DNA of 61,542 bases, filler included, from a bacterium (GTDB lineage Bacteria > UBA9089 > CG2-30-40-21 > SBAY01), in NCBI GenBank assembly GCA_040757115.1. It is 5 parts of 5 records of this genome, joined end to end, with 100 filler letters (N's around TTAATTAATTAA, not from the genome) between each part and the next. Parts side by side here need not be neighbours in the genome. Positions count along the whole stretch, not along the records: positions 25,118 to 37,508 come from JBFLYA010000118.1; positions 37,609 to 49,871 come from JBFLYA010000119.1; 3 more parts are not named here. One strand, 5' to 3'. The translations under genes and the position numbers were made by a program. Below are positions 28,360 to 38,060 of the stretch, piece by piece; the first letter of the stretch is position 1; every line of letters starts with the position of its first letter. Under the pieces are notes generated by a model. It saw nothing but the letters and a program-made list of their open reading frames with translations, did not search any database and was not told the origin of the DNA.

Positions 28360-31284
28360 ATGATTTATATGCCTAAAATTAGAATTCATTATAACAATGA
28401 GTATGCCTATTCTCAGCCAGAATTATATGTTTGGGCAGATAAGATGAAACCCATAAAACAGAAGCCGGATGGAAATGATTCCTTTGGACCTTATTTTGAT
28501 TTTGATCTTATTGGTTTCCATGATAATCTCCATTTTAAGTTCAAAGATGGAGAAGTGTATGAACCAAATAGCGACAATCGTCTCCTAAAAATCGATAGCC
28601 CCAATAATATCTGGACATTTGCTGGAAGTAATGGGGTATTCTATGAAGACCAGATAAAATTAGATATAACCACCCTCAAAATTCACCTGAGAACAGCTAA
28701 TAAATATGTCAATAGTAAATTATATATTTGGTCCTTGGCTGGCAACAAAATAGGTGATATTGAAAAATCAGGCAATGATGATTTTGGTCCATATTGGGAA
28801 GTCCCATTAAAGACGGATAAAGAACGGACTTCTATATGTTTTAAATTTCACAAAGATGATTTATGGGAACCTGACAGGGCTAATAAGTTATGGTTATGTG
28901 TTTATGGGAATGAGGTTTGGACAAAAAGTGAAACTAATCTGGTCATTAGTAAAAAACCTGAGATGCTCAACATCAAGGTAAAATTTAAAACTAAAAAACT
29001 ATCCCCAATAATGCATATCTGGCAGCAGGATGATTTTATTAAAGATATTCCATCCAGATCTAAAGATAAATTTGGGTTTATCTATACGGTGTCGCTATAT
29101 ACCGGTTTACCGTATAATTTTATGTTTTATGAGAATGGGAACTGGGAGATGGAAAGTTGTATAAAGACATTTACCCCAGAAAAAGATAACAGCTATATCT
29201 GGGCATTTGATGGCGTCACCCAGTTATTTAACCAAAAGCCATTAAAAAACAAGATACTTACGGTCTCTATGCAAAGAGAACCTAAGAGTCTATTGGATGA
29301 TTCGACGAGGATGCATATCTGGGCTGGGAATGCGATTAAAGAGGATATTGCTCCTCGTTATGTATCGACTAACGGTCGGCTTGTTTATAAATTGAAGGTC
29401 TATTCAGGACTACCCTACAGAATGATGTTTCATAAAGGAGATAATTGGGAGAGAAGCAGTGAAAGAAGTGTTGTCTTAGAGAAAAGTAAAGCGGTCTGGG
29501 TTATTGAAAATAATCTTTCTATACTTAACTCACCGCCTCCTTATAACTTGTTCCAAAATCCTGACTTCTGGATAAAAAGACCCGGGGTATATAAAGAGAA
29601 CGGGTTCTACCGATTTGTCCTACATGCCCCTCATGCTGGTCGGGTAAGAGTCATTGGTGAGTTTACAGACTGGGAGAAAAATGCCTATGATCTGAGACTT
29701 ACCGAGGATAAACGCTACTGGTGGGTATCAATTCCGGCTAATAAGATAAGGCATGGGCAGAAATACAAATATTTACTCAATGATGATTGGTATTCTCAGG
29801 ATCCAGCGGCAAGTTGGGTTGAGAATTCGTCATATTCAGCCTGTTCCCAGATTCTTGTTTCTGATAATTATAAATGGAATGATAGTCAGTGGCGAACACC
29901 TGGTTTTGAATATCTAATCATCTATCAATGTCATATCCGAAGATTTACTAATCGTAATGGGAATCAGCGGACATATTCTCAATTGATTGAAGAAATAAAG
30001 GAAAATGCCAAAAACAATTACCTGAAAGACCTGGGGATTACCGTCATTGAGTTATTACCTATCCAGGAGTTTCCTATGGATAAATCATGGGGATACAATC
30101 CATCTTTCTTCTATGCCCCGGAGTCGGCCTATGGTAAGCCTGATGAATTAAAAGAATTTGTTGATATTTGCCATCAGAATGGGATAGCTGTTATCCTGGA
30201 TGTCGTCTTTAATCATGTTGGAGGGGATTGTGCCTTGTGGAATTTAGCTCAGGAGACCTATTTTGATGGTGATACTAAATGGGGGGCAATGATTAATTAC
30301 GATAATGAAATAACCCAGCAATTTTTTACCCAAAATGTCTTATATTTAAGAGAAGAATACCACATCGATGGATTCAGATTTGATTGCACGGATGCAATTA
30401 TCCATTCTACGGCTAAGAATGATTTGATAAAGAAACCAGGCAGTGATGGTGGCGGGAATTTCTTGCATAAGATAAGAAAAGCTGTCAAAGGTGTGGATAA
30501 TAATATCATCTTGATTGCGGAACAATTACCTAATGATTTCAGCTTGACTAATTACGGTGGTCCAATGGATACCCAATGGTTTGACGACTTCCATGATATC
30601 CTGAAAAAGTCACTTTGTGGTGTTCATAATATGGATGACCTGGCACAGGCGTTTACCCTGGGTTATAAGCGTTGTAATGAGTGGAATGATGTGGTCAATT
30701 ATTCTGAGAGTCATGATGAAGTAGGGAATACAGATGATAGAATCGCTCGCGTTGGGGCAGATTTTAAAGGATACAATATGTGCAAAATAGCGGCTACGGC
30801 TACATTAATGGCCAGAGGGATCCCCATGTTGTTTATGGGACAGGAAAGTGGTGAATCTAAGCAGTTTAAGGTAGATAACGATGATGTGCTTGACCTGGAT
30901 GATTATGAAAAGGACATAAACAAAACTAAGATTCGAGAATGGACAAAGGCAATGATTGCCTTGCGTAAAAATAATCCTTTTATCCAAAATGGGGCAGATT
31001 TGACCATAAAATATACCTATAACCAGGATAAAATTATTGCCTTTACCAGAGGTGGAGATAAATATTTTGTCGTTATGAACTTTGGAGGTTGGCATGGCTA
31101 TCGTTATCTGGGTGAGATGAATTTGCCTTATGGCGACTATAAAGAGATTTATAACTCTACCTGGCCATATTATGCCTTTGACTTTGAAGATGAACATACC
31201 AATGGTGGTTATAATGCTTGCTTAAATGCTAATCATAGTTTAAATATCCCTGATTATGGTGTAGTTATACTTGAAAAACGGTAA
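28360..31284 (+). CDS. GH13 alpha-amylase/branching-enzyme-like protein with repeated N-terminal carbohydrate-binding-like modules
   Basis: SWGYNP, DVVFNH, DGFRFD, IAE, ESHDE conserved regions; about four YVW/HIW...FKF..W repeats. Confidence 0.85.
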   Translation: MIYMPKIRIHYNNEYAYSQPELYVWADKMKPIKQKPDGNDSFGPYFDFDLIGFHDNLHFKFKDGEVYEPNSDNRLLKIDSPNNIWTFAGSNGVFYEDQIKLDITTLKIHLRTANKYVNSKLYIWSLAGNKIGDIEKSGNDDFGPYWEVPLKTDKERTSICFKFHKDDLWEPDRANKLWLCVYGNEVWTKSETNLVISKKPEMLNIKVKFKTKKLSPIMHIWQQDDFIKDIPSRSKDKFGFIYTVSLYTGLPYNFMFYENGNWEMESCIKTFTPEKDNSYIWAFDGVTQLFNQKPLKNKILTVSMQREPKSLLDDSTRMHIWAGNAIKEDIAPRYVSTNGRLVYKLKVYSGLPYRMMFHKGDNWERSSERSVVLEKSKAVWVIENNLSILNSPPPYNLFQNPDFWIKRPGVYKENGFYRFVLHAPHAGRVRVIGEFTDWEKNAYDLRLTEDKRYWWVSIPANKIRHGQKYKYLLNDDWYSQDPAASWVENSSYSACSQILVSDNYKWNDSQWRTPGFEYLIIYQCHIRRFTNRNGNQRTYSQLIEEIKENAKNNYLKDLGITVIELLPIQEFPMDKSWGYNPSFFYAPESAYGKPDELKEFVDICHQNGIAVILDVVFNHVGGDCALWNLAQETYFDGDTKWGAMINYDNEITQQFFTQNVLYLREEYHIDGFRFDCTDAIIHSTAKNDLIKKPGSDGGGNFLHKIRKAVKGVDNNIILIAEQLPNDFSLTNYGGPMDTQWFDDFHDILKKSLCGVHNMDDLAQAFTLGYKRCNEWNDVVNYSESHDEVGNTDDRIARVGADFKGYNMCKIAATATLMARGIPMLFMGQESGESKQFKVDNDDVLDLDDYEKDINKTKIREWTKAMIALRKNNPFIQNGADLTIKYTYNQDKIIAFTRGGDKYFVVMNFGGWHGYRYLGEMNLPYGDYKEIYNSTWPYYAFDFEDEHTNGGYNACLNANHSLNIPDYGVVILEKR

Positions 31285-31455
31285 CCATTCAGGATGTAAT
31301 GAAGGGAAAAGGGGAAATAGGGGGGAATAGGAAATTTAGCCACCTGGGCGATTAGACTAATTCATCGCAGAGACGCAAAGGAAAAATAAATGGAAAATAG
31401 GAAATGAAAAATGGGAAATTTTAGTAATTCGCAAGACTCATTACCTTTTTCATCG
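31281..31455. mobile_element. MITE fragments replacing the intI 3' end
   Basis: GTAACCATTCAGG end at 31281; 31342-31450 is the reverse complement of part of the 4662-4834 MITE. Confidence 0.8.
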
Positions 31456-32445
31456 CAGTGGTGTCGTCGTATCTTACCACTGCGAGGATCGCTGGATATT
31501 CGGCTGGATGGAAAAACATATTGCCATCCCCATTCCTTAGAGGCATTAGGATATTTCCGTTCTAAGGCAAAAGGCAGATAGACCTCTCCCAACCCCTTTT
31601 GAAGATCCTCTTCGTGCAATATCTTAACTCGGCGTAAATGTTCTAACAATGCTGGTTTTAATGTTTCAGGCAGCATCGTTGAACGGTCTTTCCTCCCTTT
31701 TCCCTCACGCACAATGACTTGATTTCGTTCAAAGTCAATATCTTTAACCCGCAAACGAATACATTCCATCAACCGTAGTCCACAGCCGTAAATAAGTTTT
31801 GCCATCAATCCATATAGCGGTTATTAACTGGAAGTTTACATAGGATAATACCCATAAATAAGGTATGAGAATAATCGTTCCGTTAGGAACATAATATTGG
31901 TAGAAATAGATAGACAAATCAATCAGTTCCGTAGGAACGATATATTGGTAGAAAATTTATGGAAAGCCATTTACCGATATATTGTCCCTCTGGGACATTA
32001 TTTGTATGATATTTATTTCTACCGATATGTTGTCCCTCTGGGACATTATTTGTATTTCTAAGTAAAGTTTTGAATAATAACTGCCATAAGTCCCTGACAT
32101 AGCTGACAGAACACGACTAACTTCTGCTTTTGTCAAAACTGTGGGTAACTTTTCAGGCTTCTTAGCTCGCTGGATATGCCCAAAATCTCCCAGTTCAATC
32201 TGAAGAATATGTTTATAAAGAAAGACGATAGCATTGAGCGCCTGATTTTGGGTGCTTGCCGAAACCTTCTGATTGGTTGCCAGGTAAGAAAGATACTGAG
32301 AGATTTCCTTTTCTCCCATATATTTTGGATGCTTTTTGTTATGGAAGAGAACAAATCGTTTTATCCATTCAATATAACTTTGCTCAGTACGAATAGAATA
32401 GTGCTTTTTACGCATCACTTCACTGGTCTGCTCAAGAAGATTCAC
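31456..32445 (-). pseudogene. intI: Integron integrase (copy 2), split by a MITE and 3'-truncated
   Basis: [10 protein letters not shown]...GKGRKDR plus the IntI-specific [24 protein letters not shown]...DPRSG.IRRHH. Catalytic HxxR and Tyr region absent. Confidence 0.95.
31815..32086. mobile_element. TA-targeting MITE (IS630/Tc1-like) inside intI
   Basis: Ends TAGCGGTTATTA/TAATAACTGCCA with TA duplication; removal restores SGTYGLMAKL. Confidence 0.9.
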
Positions 32446-32630
32446 CTCATTAGACCTCCTTTCAGCATTTTTCGGTTTCAATATTACATGCATTTTAACT
32501 ATAAAACACTATTTATCAGCTAATTGCAAGAAAAAAATTTATAATGCAGTAAAATAAAAACCGCTAATAGGCAGTATAATATCAGGATGTTATTTTTCAG
32601 TATTTTCTAATTTTGATATTAAAATTTTTC

Positions 32631-32659
32631 TTGACAGAATATTCTATTTATGCTACTCT
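32631..32659 (+). promoter_or_regulatory. Cassette promoter Pc (copy 2)
   Basis: TTGACA-17 bp-TACTCT with a TGn extension. Confidence 0.75.
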
Positions 32660-32673
32660 ATAAATAGCCTAAC

Positions 32674-32726
32674 TTATAATGCAGTAATATAAAACTGCCA
32701 ATAGGCAGTATAATCTAAGGTTAGAC
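32674..32726 (+). other. attI site (copy 2), crossover at G32720
   Basis: Homologous to 864-916. Confidence 0.75.
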
Positions 32727-33077
32727 ATGCCAGACAGACAAGAAGGAGAAGGAGGAGAGTTATTCCTGTTGGAAGTTTCGGTGAGAATATTTGCTCCTTA
32801 GCGGACTATACCAGGCCTGCGAGATTGATGCTTTTCGGAAAGAGTTGCTTATCCCTCAGAAGCAACAGGGGGAGGCTAAGAGGGTCTACTGAAAAGTGAT
32901 AGTTAGGTAAGATAGAGGAAGCAAGAAGAAAGAGACGGCAAAGTGCAGCTTTTTCTAACCATTCGCTGCACCTGACTGCGGGGGGCTGTGCCGTAATTAG
33001 AGTTTTGTGGTATCTTAAGCTTTTATCTTGTTTACAAAGTTTGGTGGTAATCCGCCCCGCAGCAGGTGAGCTCTATC
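32720..33077 (+). mobile_element. Non-coding cassette type C
   Basis: Second copy at 36680-37040; no conserved start-to-stop ORF. Confidence 0.75.
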
Positions 33078-33084
33078 GTTAGCT
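32953..33084 (+). repeat. attC site, type 1
   Basis: TTCTAAC...GTTAGCT. Confidence 0.9.
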
Positions 33085-33124
33085 TTCGAACCGAAACTCT
33101 AAACAATCGCGAAAGAAGCGAAGA

Positions 33125-33643
33125 ATGGAGGAACCAATGACTCAAAATGAAGAAAGAAAAGGAGTGCTTTCTCAAATCATTGTCGCCGTCGTTGTCACTT
33201 TACTAGTTGGCGGTACTGCTCCATGGTGGTGGGACATAATCGCTCCGGAAAAATCTCAGGAAAAACCTGATGGCATTCCAACTTGGGATGGGCAGATTCA
33301 GGAAAAACCTGATGGCATTCCAACTCGGGATGGGCAGATTCAGGTTCGGTGTACTGCCAGTCCCCATTCAATTCCCGCTGGCGGACAGGTCGGAATCACG
33401 GTTCTGGCCTTCACAGAGCAGAGTTCTCCGGTCAGTAGCGCAAATGTTCGTATTGAAGCAGGCGGAGGATGGTTCTCCAGAAGCGGAACCACTATCGAGG
33501 TCGGACAGACGGACGCTGGTGGTGTATTCATGACCCAGTGGAGGTCTCCGAACCCAGCCGCGGGGGCATATGGAATGAACGTAACAGTGACCAAAGATGG
33601 TTTTACCGAGGGCAGGGATGAGTGCAATATCCCCATACAATAG
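33125..33643 (+). CDS. Cassette: membrane-anchored protein with an Ig-like domain
   Basis: TM helix, 14-aa duplication, beta-rich GQTDAGGVF...Y...VTVTKDGF. Confidence 0.65.
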   Translation: MEEPMTQNEERKGVLSQIIVAVVVTLLVGGTAPWWWDIIAPEKSQEKPDGIPTWDGQIQEKPDGIPTRDGQIQVRCTASPHSIPAGGQVGITVLAFTEQSSPVSSANVRIEAGGGWFSRSGTTIEVGQTDAGGVFMTQWRSPNPAAGAYGMNVTVTKDGFTEGRDECNIPIQ

Positions 33644-33663
33644 AAGAAGCTACATACGGGATC

Positions 33664-33795
33664 ATCTAACCATTCGCTGCACCTGACTGCGGGGGGCTGT
33701 GCCGTAATTAGAGTTTTGTGGTATCTCAAGCTTTTATCTTGTTTACAAAGTTTGGTGGTAATCCGCCCCGCAGCAGGTGAGCTTGATCGTTAGCA
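33664..33795 (+). repeat. attC site, type 1
   Basis: ATCTAAC...GTTAGCA. Confidence 0.9.
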
Positions 33796-33830
33796 CCAGA
33801 TTGAACTAACCACCAGAAGGAGGAAGAGAC

Positions 33831-34112
33831 ATGGGAAAATGTCCGAAATGTGAAAATCTTATTACAACCGTCAACATTGAAGACGTTACTGTAAATCATC
33901 TTTTTCAGCCTGGTTGGAAAGGAATTTCATATCTTTGCCCATTTTGTAATTCTGTTCTGAGTGTACAGATTGATCCGATTGCGGTACGCACTGACATTTC
34001 AGACCATGTAGATCAGGCAGTTGCTCCTGTTTCGCAGGAGGTTGTTACCTTGCGTAGTCAAGTCACTCGGTTGGAGCAACTTTTAGCGCAGTTGTTGCAG
34101 CCACGGCGCTAG
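33831..34112 (+). CDS. Cassette: Zn-ribbon plus coiled-coil protein
   Basis: CPKC...CPFC with a strong RBS. Confidence 0.7.
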   Translation: MGKCPKCENLITTVNIEDVTVNHLFQPGWKGISYLCPFCNSVLSVQIDPIAVRTDISDHVDQAVAPVSQEVVTLRSQVTRLEQLLAQLLQPRR

Positions 34113-34219
34113 GGTTGCGTGGGTTCAGATGTCTGTCTGGTTCAGGAGGAAGTAAGTTAGGGTCGGAACCTGATTATTAGGAAATAGAGGAAATAGGGGG
34201 ACATTTCCCCTATTTATTG

Positions 34220-34252
34220 ACCTAACAAATTGTTGCAGCGGACGGCGGGGGC
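34220..34252 (+). repeat. Truncated attC (left part)
   Basis: ACCTAACAAATTGTTGCAGCGGACGGCGGGGG, followed by the leader module. Confidence 0.75.
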
Positions 34253-34345
34253 TGCGGGGATATTTTAGGGGCAAACCGTGAATGTGGAATGCACAATAAT
34301 TCGGTGAGGCAGAGGAAAAGGAAAAGACAGCGAATCAAAGCTTTT

Positions 34346-34477
34346 GTCTAACCCTGCGTTGCAGTTGACGGCGGGGGACTGTGCCGTGGTCAGAGTTTTG
34401 TGGTCTCTCAAAGTTTTATCTTGCTATCAAACTTTTGTGGTAATTCTCCCCGCCGCACCTGAACTTTATCGTTAGCC
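34346..34477 (+). repeat. attC site, type 2
   Basis: GTCTAAC...GTTAGCC. Confidence 0.9.
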
Positions 34478-34514
34478 ACTCAACAAATAAAACTTGATAT
34501 AGGAGGGAGAAATT

Positions 34515-34904
34515 ATGGGACGAATTGTAGCACAAGTTGAAATATCGAATCCACAAGATGAGGGGAAGAATTTGACATGCAGTATATTTGTTGATACTGG
34601 TGCTGCTGGATTAATTCTTCCAATGGCATGGAAAGAACGCTTGGGGAAATTTGCAAGCAGTGAAGTTGTAGATCTTGTGTTAGCGAACAATGAAGTAGTT
34701 AAAGGTGAAGCGTGTGGACCTGCAGGAATTCAAATAGAAGGATTCCGAAAAGTCTTTAACGAAGTAACCTTTATGGAGATGGAAAAAGCAGAAAATGGTG
34801 AATACGAACCCCTTTTAGGATATATAATTCTGGAACAAACACAAGTAGCCGTTGATATGCTTGGACATCGTCTTGTACCTGTGAAATATATCGATTGCAG
34901 ATAA
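34515..34904 (+). CDS. Cassette: clan AA aspartyl protease
   Basis: FVDTGA and EPLLG..ILE motifs. Confidence 0.85.
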   Translation: MGRIVAQVEISNPQDEGKNLTCSIFVDTGAAGLILPMAWKERLGKFASSEVVDLVLANNEVVKGEACGPAGIQIEGFRKVFNEVTFMEMEKAENGEYEPLLGYIILEQTQVAVDMLGHRLVPVKYIDCR

Positions 34905-35006
34905 ATTAAACAATAAGATTTATCGTTAGGGTCAAACCGTGAATGTGGAATGCACAATAATTCGGTGAGGCAGAGGAAAAGGAAAAGACAGCGAATCAAA
35001 GCTTTT

Positions 35007-35138
35007 GTCTAACCCTGCGTTGCAGTTGACGGCGGGGGACTGTGCCGTGGTCAGAGTTTTGTGGTCTCTCAAAGTTTTATCTTGCTATCAAACTTTTGTG
35101 GTAATCCTCCCCGCCGCACCTGAACTTTATCGTTAGGC
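35007..35138 (+). repeat. attC site, type 2
   Basis: GTCTAAC...GTTAGGC. Confidence 0.9.
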
Positions 35139-35185
35139 AATGATGCTTTATAGTTTTATGGCATACTAATAAGTGGAGGAAGAAA

Positions 35186-35401
35186 ATGGTTAAAACATTA
35201 GAAGCAGTATTTGATGGCAAAGTATTGCATCCTGAGGGACCGATAGATTTACAGCCAAACATACGCGTCCGCATAACAATCCAGACCATCACTACACGGA
35301 AAACAAAAGCGCGTTCATTCCTTTGTACTGCTCGATCACTTAATTTGGAAGGCCCTTCTGACTGGTCAACACGGATAGAAGAATACCTATATGGAAGGTA
35401 A
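35186..35401 (+). CDS. Cassette: AF2212/DUF104-like antitoxin
   Basis: EAVFDGKVLHP...RVRITI...DWS....YLY. Confidence 0.8.
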   Translation: MVKTLEAVFDGKVLHPEGPIDLQPNIRVRITIQTITTRKTKARSFLCTARSLNLEGPSDWSTRIEEYLYGR

Positions 35402-35405
35402 AGTG

Positions 35406-35828
35406 ATGCCAATGAGTAAAGTTTTTCTTGATACCGCATATGCTATTGCACTATCTTCGCCCAACGATGAGCAACACAAAAAAGCCGTGCAGATTGCAGA
35501 ACAATTGGAAGCGGATGCAACTAAGTTGGTTACAACGCGAGCTGTCATATTGGAAATTGGAAATGCATTAGCTAAGTTACGGTATCGTAAAGCTGCAGTC
35601 GAATTATTGGACTCACTCGAACAAGACCCAAATGTTGAAATCATCCCAATTTCGGAAGAATTGTATAAGCGTGCATTCCAGTTTTATCGTGAGCGACCAG
35701 ATAAGGAATGGGGAATTACAGATTGTATATCTTTTGTTATTATGCAGGAGCAAAGGTTGACAGCGGCACTGACAACAGATGAACACTTCCAACAGGCTGG
35801 CTTTCAAGCACTCCTAATGGATAATTAG
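35406..35828 (+). CDS. Cassette: PIN-domain (VapC) toxin
   Basis: FLDTAY...E...TDCISF...TTDEHF.QAG. Confidence 0.9.
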   Translation: MPMSKVFLDTAYAIALSSPNDEQHKKAVQIAEQLEADATKLVTTRAVILEIGNALAKLRYRKAAVELLDSLEQDPNVEIIPISEELYKRAFQFYRERPDKEWGITDCISFVIMQEQRLTAALTTDEHFQQAGFQALLMDN

Positions 35829-35919
35829 GGTCAAACCTTGAATATTGAATTTACTTTTTGCATAACTTATTGATAACAAAAGAGATAAGAAAAGAAAAAG
35901 ATGGCAAAGCATAGTTTTT

Positions 35920-36051
35920 ACCTAACAAATCGTTGCAGTTGACGGCGGGGGACTGTGCCGTGGTCAGAGTTTTGTGGTCTCTCAAAGCTTTATCTTACTA
36001 TCAAACTTTTATGGTAATCCTCCCCGCCGCACCTGAACTTTATCGTTAGGT
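35920..36051 (+). repeat. attC site, type 2
   Basis: ACCTAAC...GTTAGGT. Confidence 0.9.
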
Positions 36052-36080
36052 GGATTGAAGATAAGTGGATTGAAGATAAC

Positions 36081-36629
36081 ATGATAAGTGGGTTTAAGGT
36101 TTCGCTTCGAGCAGCAAAGGAATCTGATCGTCGGCAGGTGTATAAATGGTTAGCTTGCTCTGACTTGACGCCATCAATGATGGGTCCTCCAGACTTTCCC
36201 GACCATCCGGTTCCAACCTGGGAAGAGTTTTGTTCAGATTACAAAGCACATTACTTTGATGACTCTGCCATATATTCTGGCAGGTGCTTCATTATCACGG
36301 TTGCACATGAAGGCGTTGGTGTGGTAAGCTATAATCAGATTAACCAGAACAGAAGAGAAACCGAATTAGACATCTGGCTTCGCTCAGAATCTGATTGTGG
36401 AAAGGGATACGGCTCTGATGCTTTGAAAACGCTATGTGATTATCTACATACCACTTACGGCATTGAAAGCTTTATCCTCAGGCCGTCTGCAAGAAACCAA
36501 CGAGCTATTGCCGCATATCAACGAGCGGGTTTTAAATTATTGTCTCTTTCGTCTGGTAAACAAAGAGCCGAATATGGTCCAGGAGACTACGTTGATACAG
36601 TGGTACTTTGCAAGCATATGTCCACCTAA
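36081..36629 (+). CDS. Cassette: GNAT N-acetyltransferase
   Basis: GKGYGS and N.RAI..Y.RAGF motifs; stop lies inside the attC core. Confidence 0.85.
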   Translation: MISGFKVSLRAAKESDRRQVYKWLACSDLTPSMMGPPDFPDHPVPTWEEFCSDYKAHYFDDSAIYSGRCFIITVAHEGVGVVSYNQINQNRRETELDIWLRSESDCGKGYGSDALKTLCDYLHTTYGIESFILRPSARNQRAIAAYQRAGFKLLSLSSGKQRAEYGPGDYVDTVVLCKHMST

Positions 36630-36686
36630 CCAATCGCTGCACCTGACCACGGCTATCGCTCGGGCAGGTGAGCTCAATCGTTAGAC
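36624..36686 (+). repeat. Short attC site (63 bp)
   Basis: ACCTAAC...GTTAGAC. Confidence 0.85.
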
Positions 36687-37040
36687 AGGCCGGGGGCAGA
36701 CAAGAAGAAGAAGAAGGAGGAGTTATTCCTGTTGGAAGTTTCAGGGAGAATATTTGCTCCTTAGTGGCCTATACCAGGCCTGCGAGATTGATGCTTTTCG
36801 CAAAGAGTTGCTTATCCCTTAAAAGCAACAGGGGGGAGTCTAAGAGGGCTTACTGAAAAGTGATAGTTAGGTAAGATAGAGGAAGCAAAAAGAAAGAGAC
36901 GGCGAAGTGCAGCTTTTTCTAACCATTCGCTGCACCTGACTGCGGGGGGCTGTGCCGTTTTCAAAGTTTTGTGATTTATCAAGCTTTTATCTTGCTTACA
37001 AGGTTAGTGGTAATTCACCCCGCAGCAGGTGAGCTCAATC
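36680..37040 (+). mobile_element. Non-coding cassette type C, second copy
   Basis: Homologous to 32720-33077. Confidence 0.75.
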
Positions 37041-37047
37041 GTTAGGC
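36917..37047 (+). repeat. attC site, type 1
   Basis: TTCTAAC...GTTAGGC. Confidence 0.9.
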
Positions 37048-37508
37048 TAATAAAAATAATCACACAGAGACACAAAGTCACAAAGGAATTGAATAAAACA
37101 ATAAACCTTTGTGTTCTTTGTGGCTTTGTGTGAGAAAATAAAAAGGAGATATTTTAGGGTCAACCGTGAATGTGGAATGCACAATAATTCGGTGAGGCAG
37201 AGGAAAAGGAAAAGACAGCGAATCAGAGCTTTTGTCTAACCCTGCGTTGCAGTTGACGGCGGGGGACTGTGCCGTGGTCAGAGTTTTGTGGTCTCTCAAA
37301 GTTTTATCTTGCTATCAAACTTTTGTGGTAATTCTTCCCGCCGCACCTGAACTTTATCGTTAGACTAATAAAAATAATCATACAGAGACACAAAGTCACA
37401 AAGGAATTGAATAAAACAATAAACCTTTGTGTTCTTTGTGGCTTTGTGTGAGAAAATAAAAAGGAGATATTTTAGGGTCAAACCGTGAATGTGGAATGCA
37501 CAATAATT
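37041..37508 (+). mobile_element. Two tandem ORF-less type B cassettes (second cut by the contig end)
   Basis: Homologous to 25118-25435. Confidence 0.85.
37234..37365 (+). repeat. attC site, type 2
   Basis: GTCTAAC...GTTAGAC. Confidence 0.9.
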
Positions 37509-37608
37509 NNNNNNNNNNNNNNNNNNNNNNNNNNNNNNNNNNNNNNNNNNNNTTAATTAATTAANNNNNNNNNNNNNNNNNNNNNNNNNNNNNNNNNNNN
37601 NNNNNNNN
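37509..37608. other. Artificial contig linker
   Basis: N/TTAATTAATTAA/N. Confidence 0.98.
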
Positions 37609-38040
37609 TGTGGAAAACAACAAATTTCCATAAATTTCTATTAGTTTCTATTAATTTCAATTTTTTTAATAATATCTCCCTATCTCCTTAATCTCCACAT
37701 CTCCTTTTGTTACACCACCTGAACGCTTACAAATATTAAAATGCAAAATGACATATCAAATATCATATCAAAAATCAAAGAGCAAATATCAAAATTAAGG
37801 AATTCTTTTATTCTTATTTTTGATTTTTAATATTTGATTTTTTTTATTGCCTTACAAGTACTTTTGCATTTTACTTTGTCATTTTGCTTTTTACATTTTG
37901 ATATTTGCATTAAACTCCTTGTGGAATATTTCGCACCGGTATCCTATTGTTTAACAAAGAGTTACTTCTCAAATCAACGCTCAATTCCTGAATCCTTGAT
38001 TTAATCAGGGACAGGAACAGGTTTTATCCGAGAGCATTCA
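37609..38040. mobile_element. Stack of partial MITEs
   Basis: 37609-37730 is the reverse complement of part of the 42379 element; 37731-37981 of the 43505 element interior; 38022 matches the right end of the 6891 element. Confidence 0.8.
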
Positions 38041-38060
38041 AAATTAAGGAGGAGGTAAAA

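Noticed and set aside
36081-36629. Calling the GNAT an aminoglycoside resistance gene
   Set aside because: The GNAT fold is clear but the substrate cannot be assigned by eye.
25118-37508. Circular 12-kb element, because the contig starts and ends in cassette B
   Set aside because: The terminal copies differ (CACACAG vs CATACAG, CCGTAAAT vs CCGTGAAT); repeat-induced breaks explain it.
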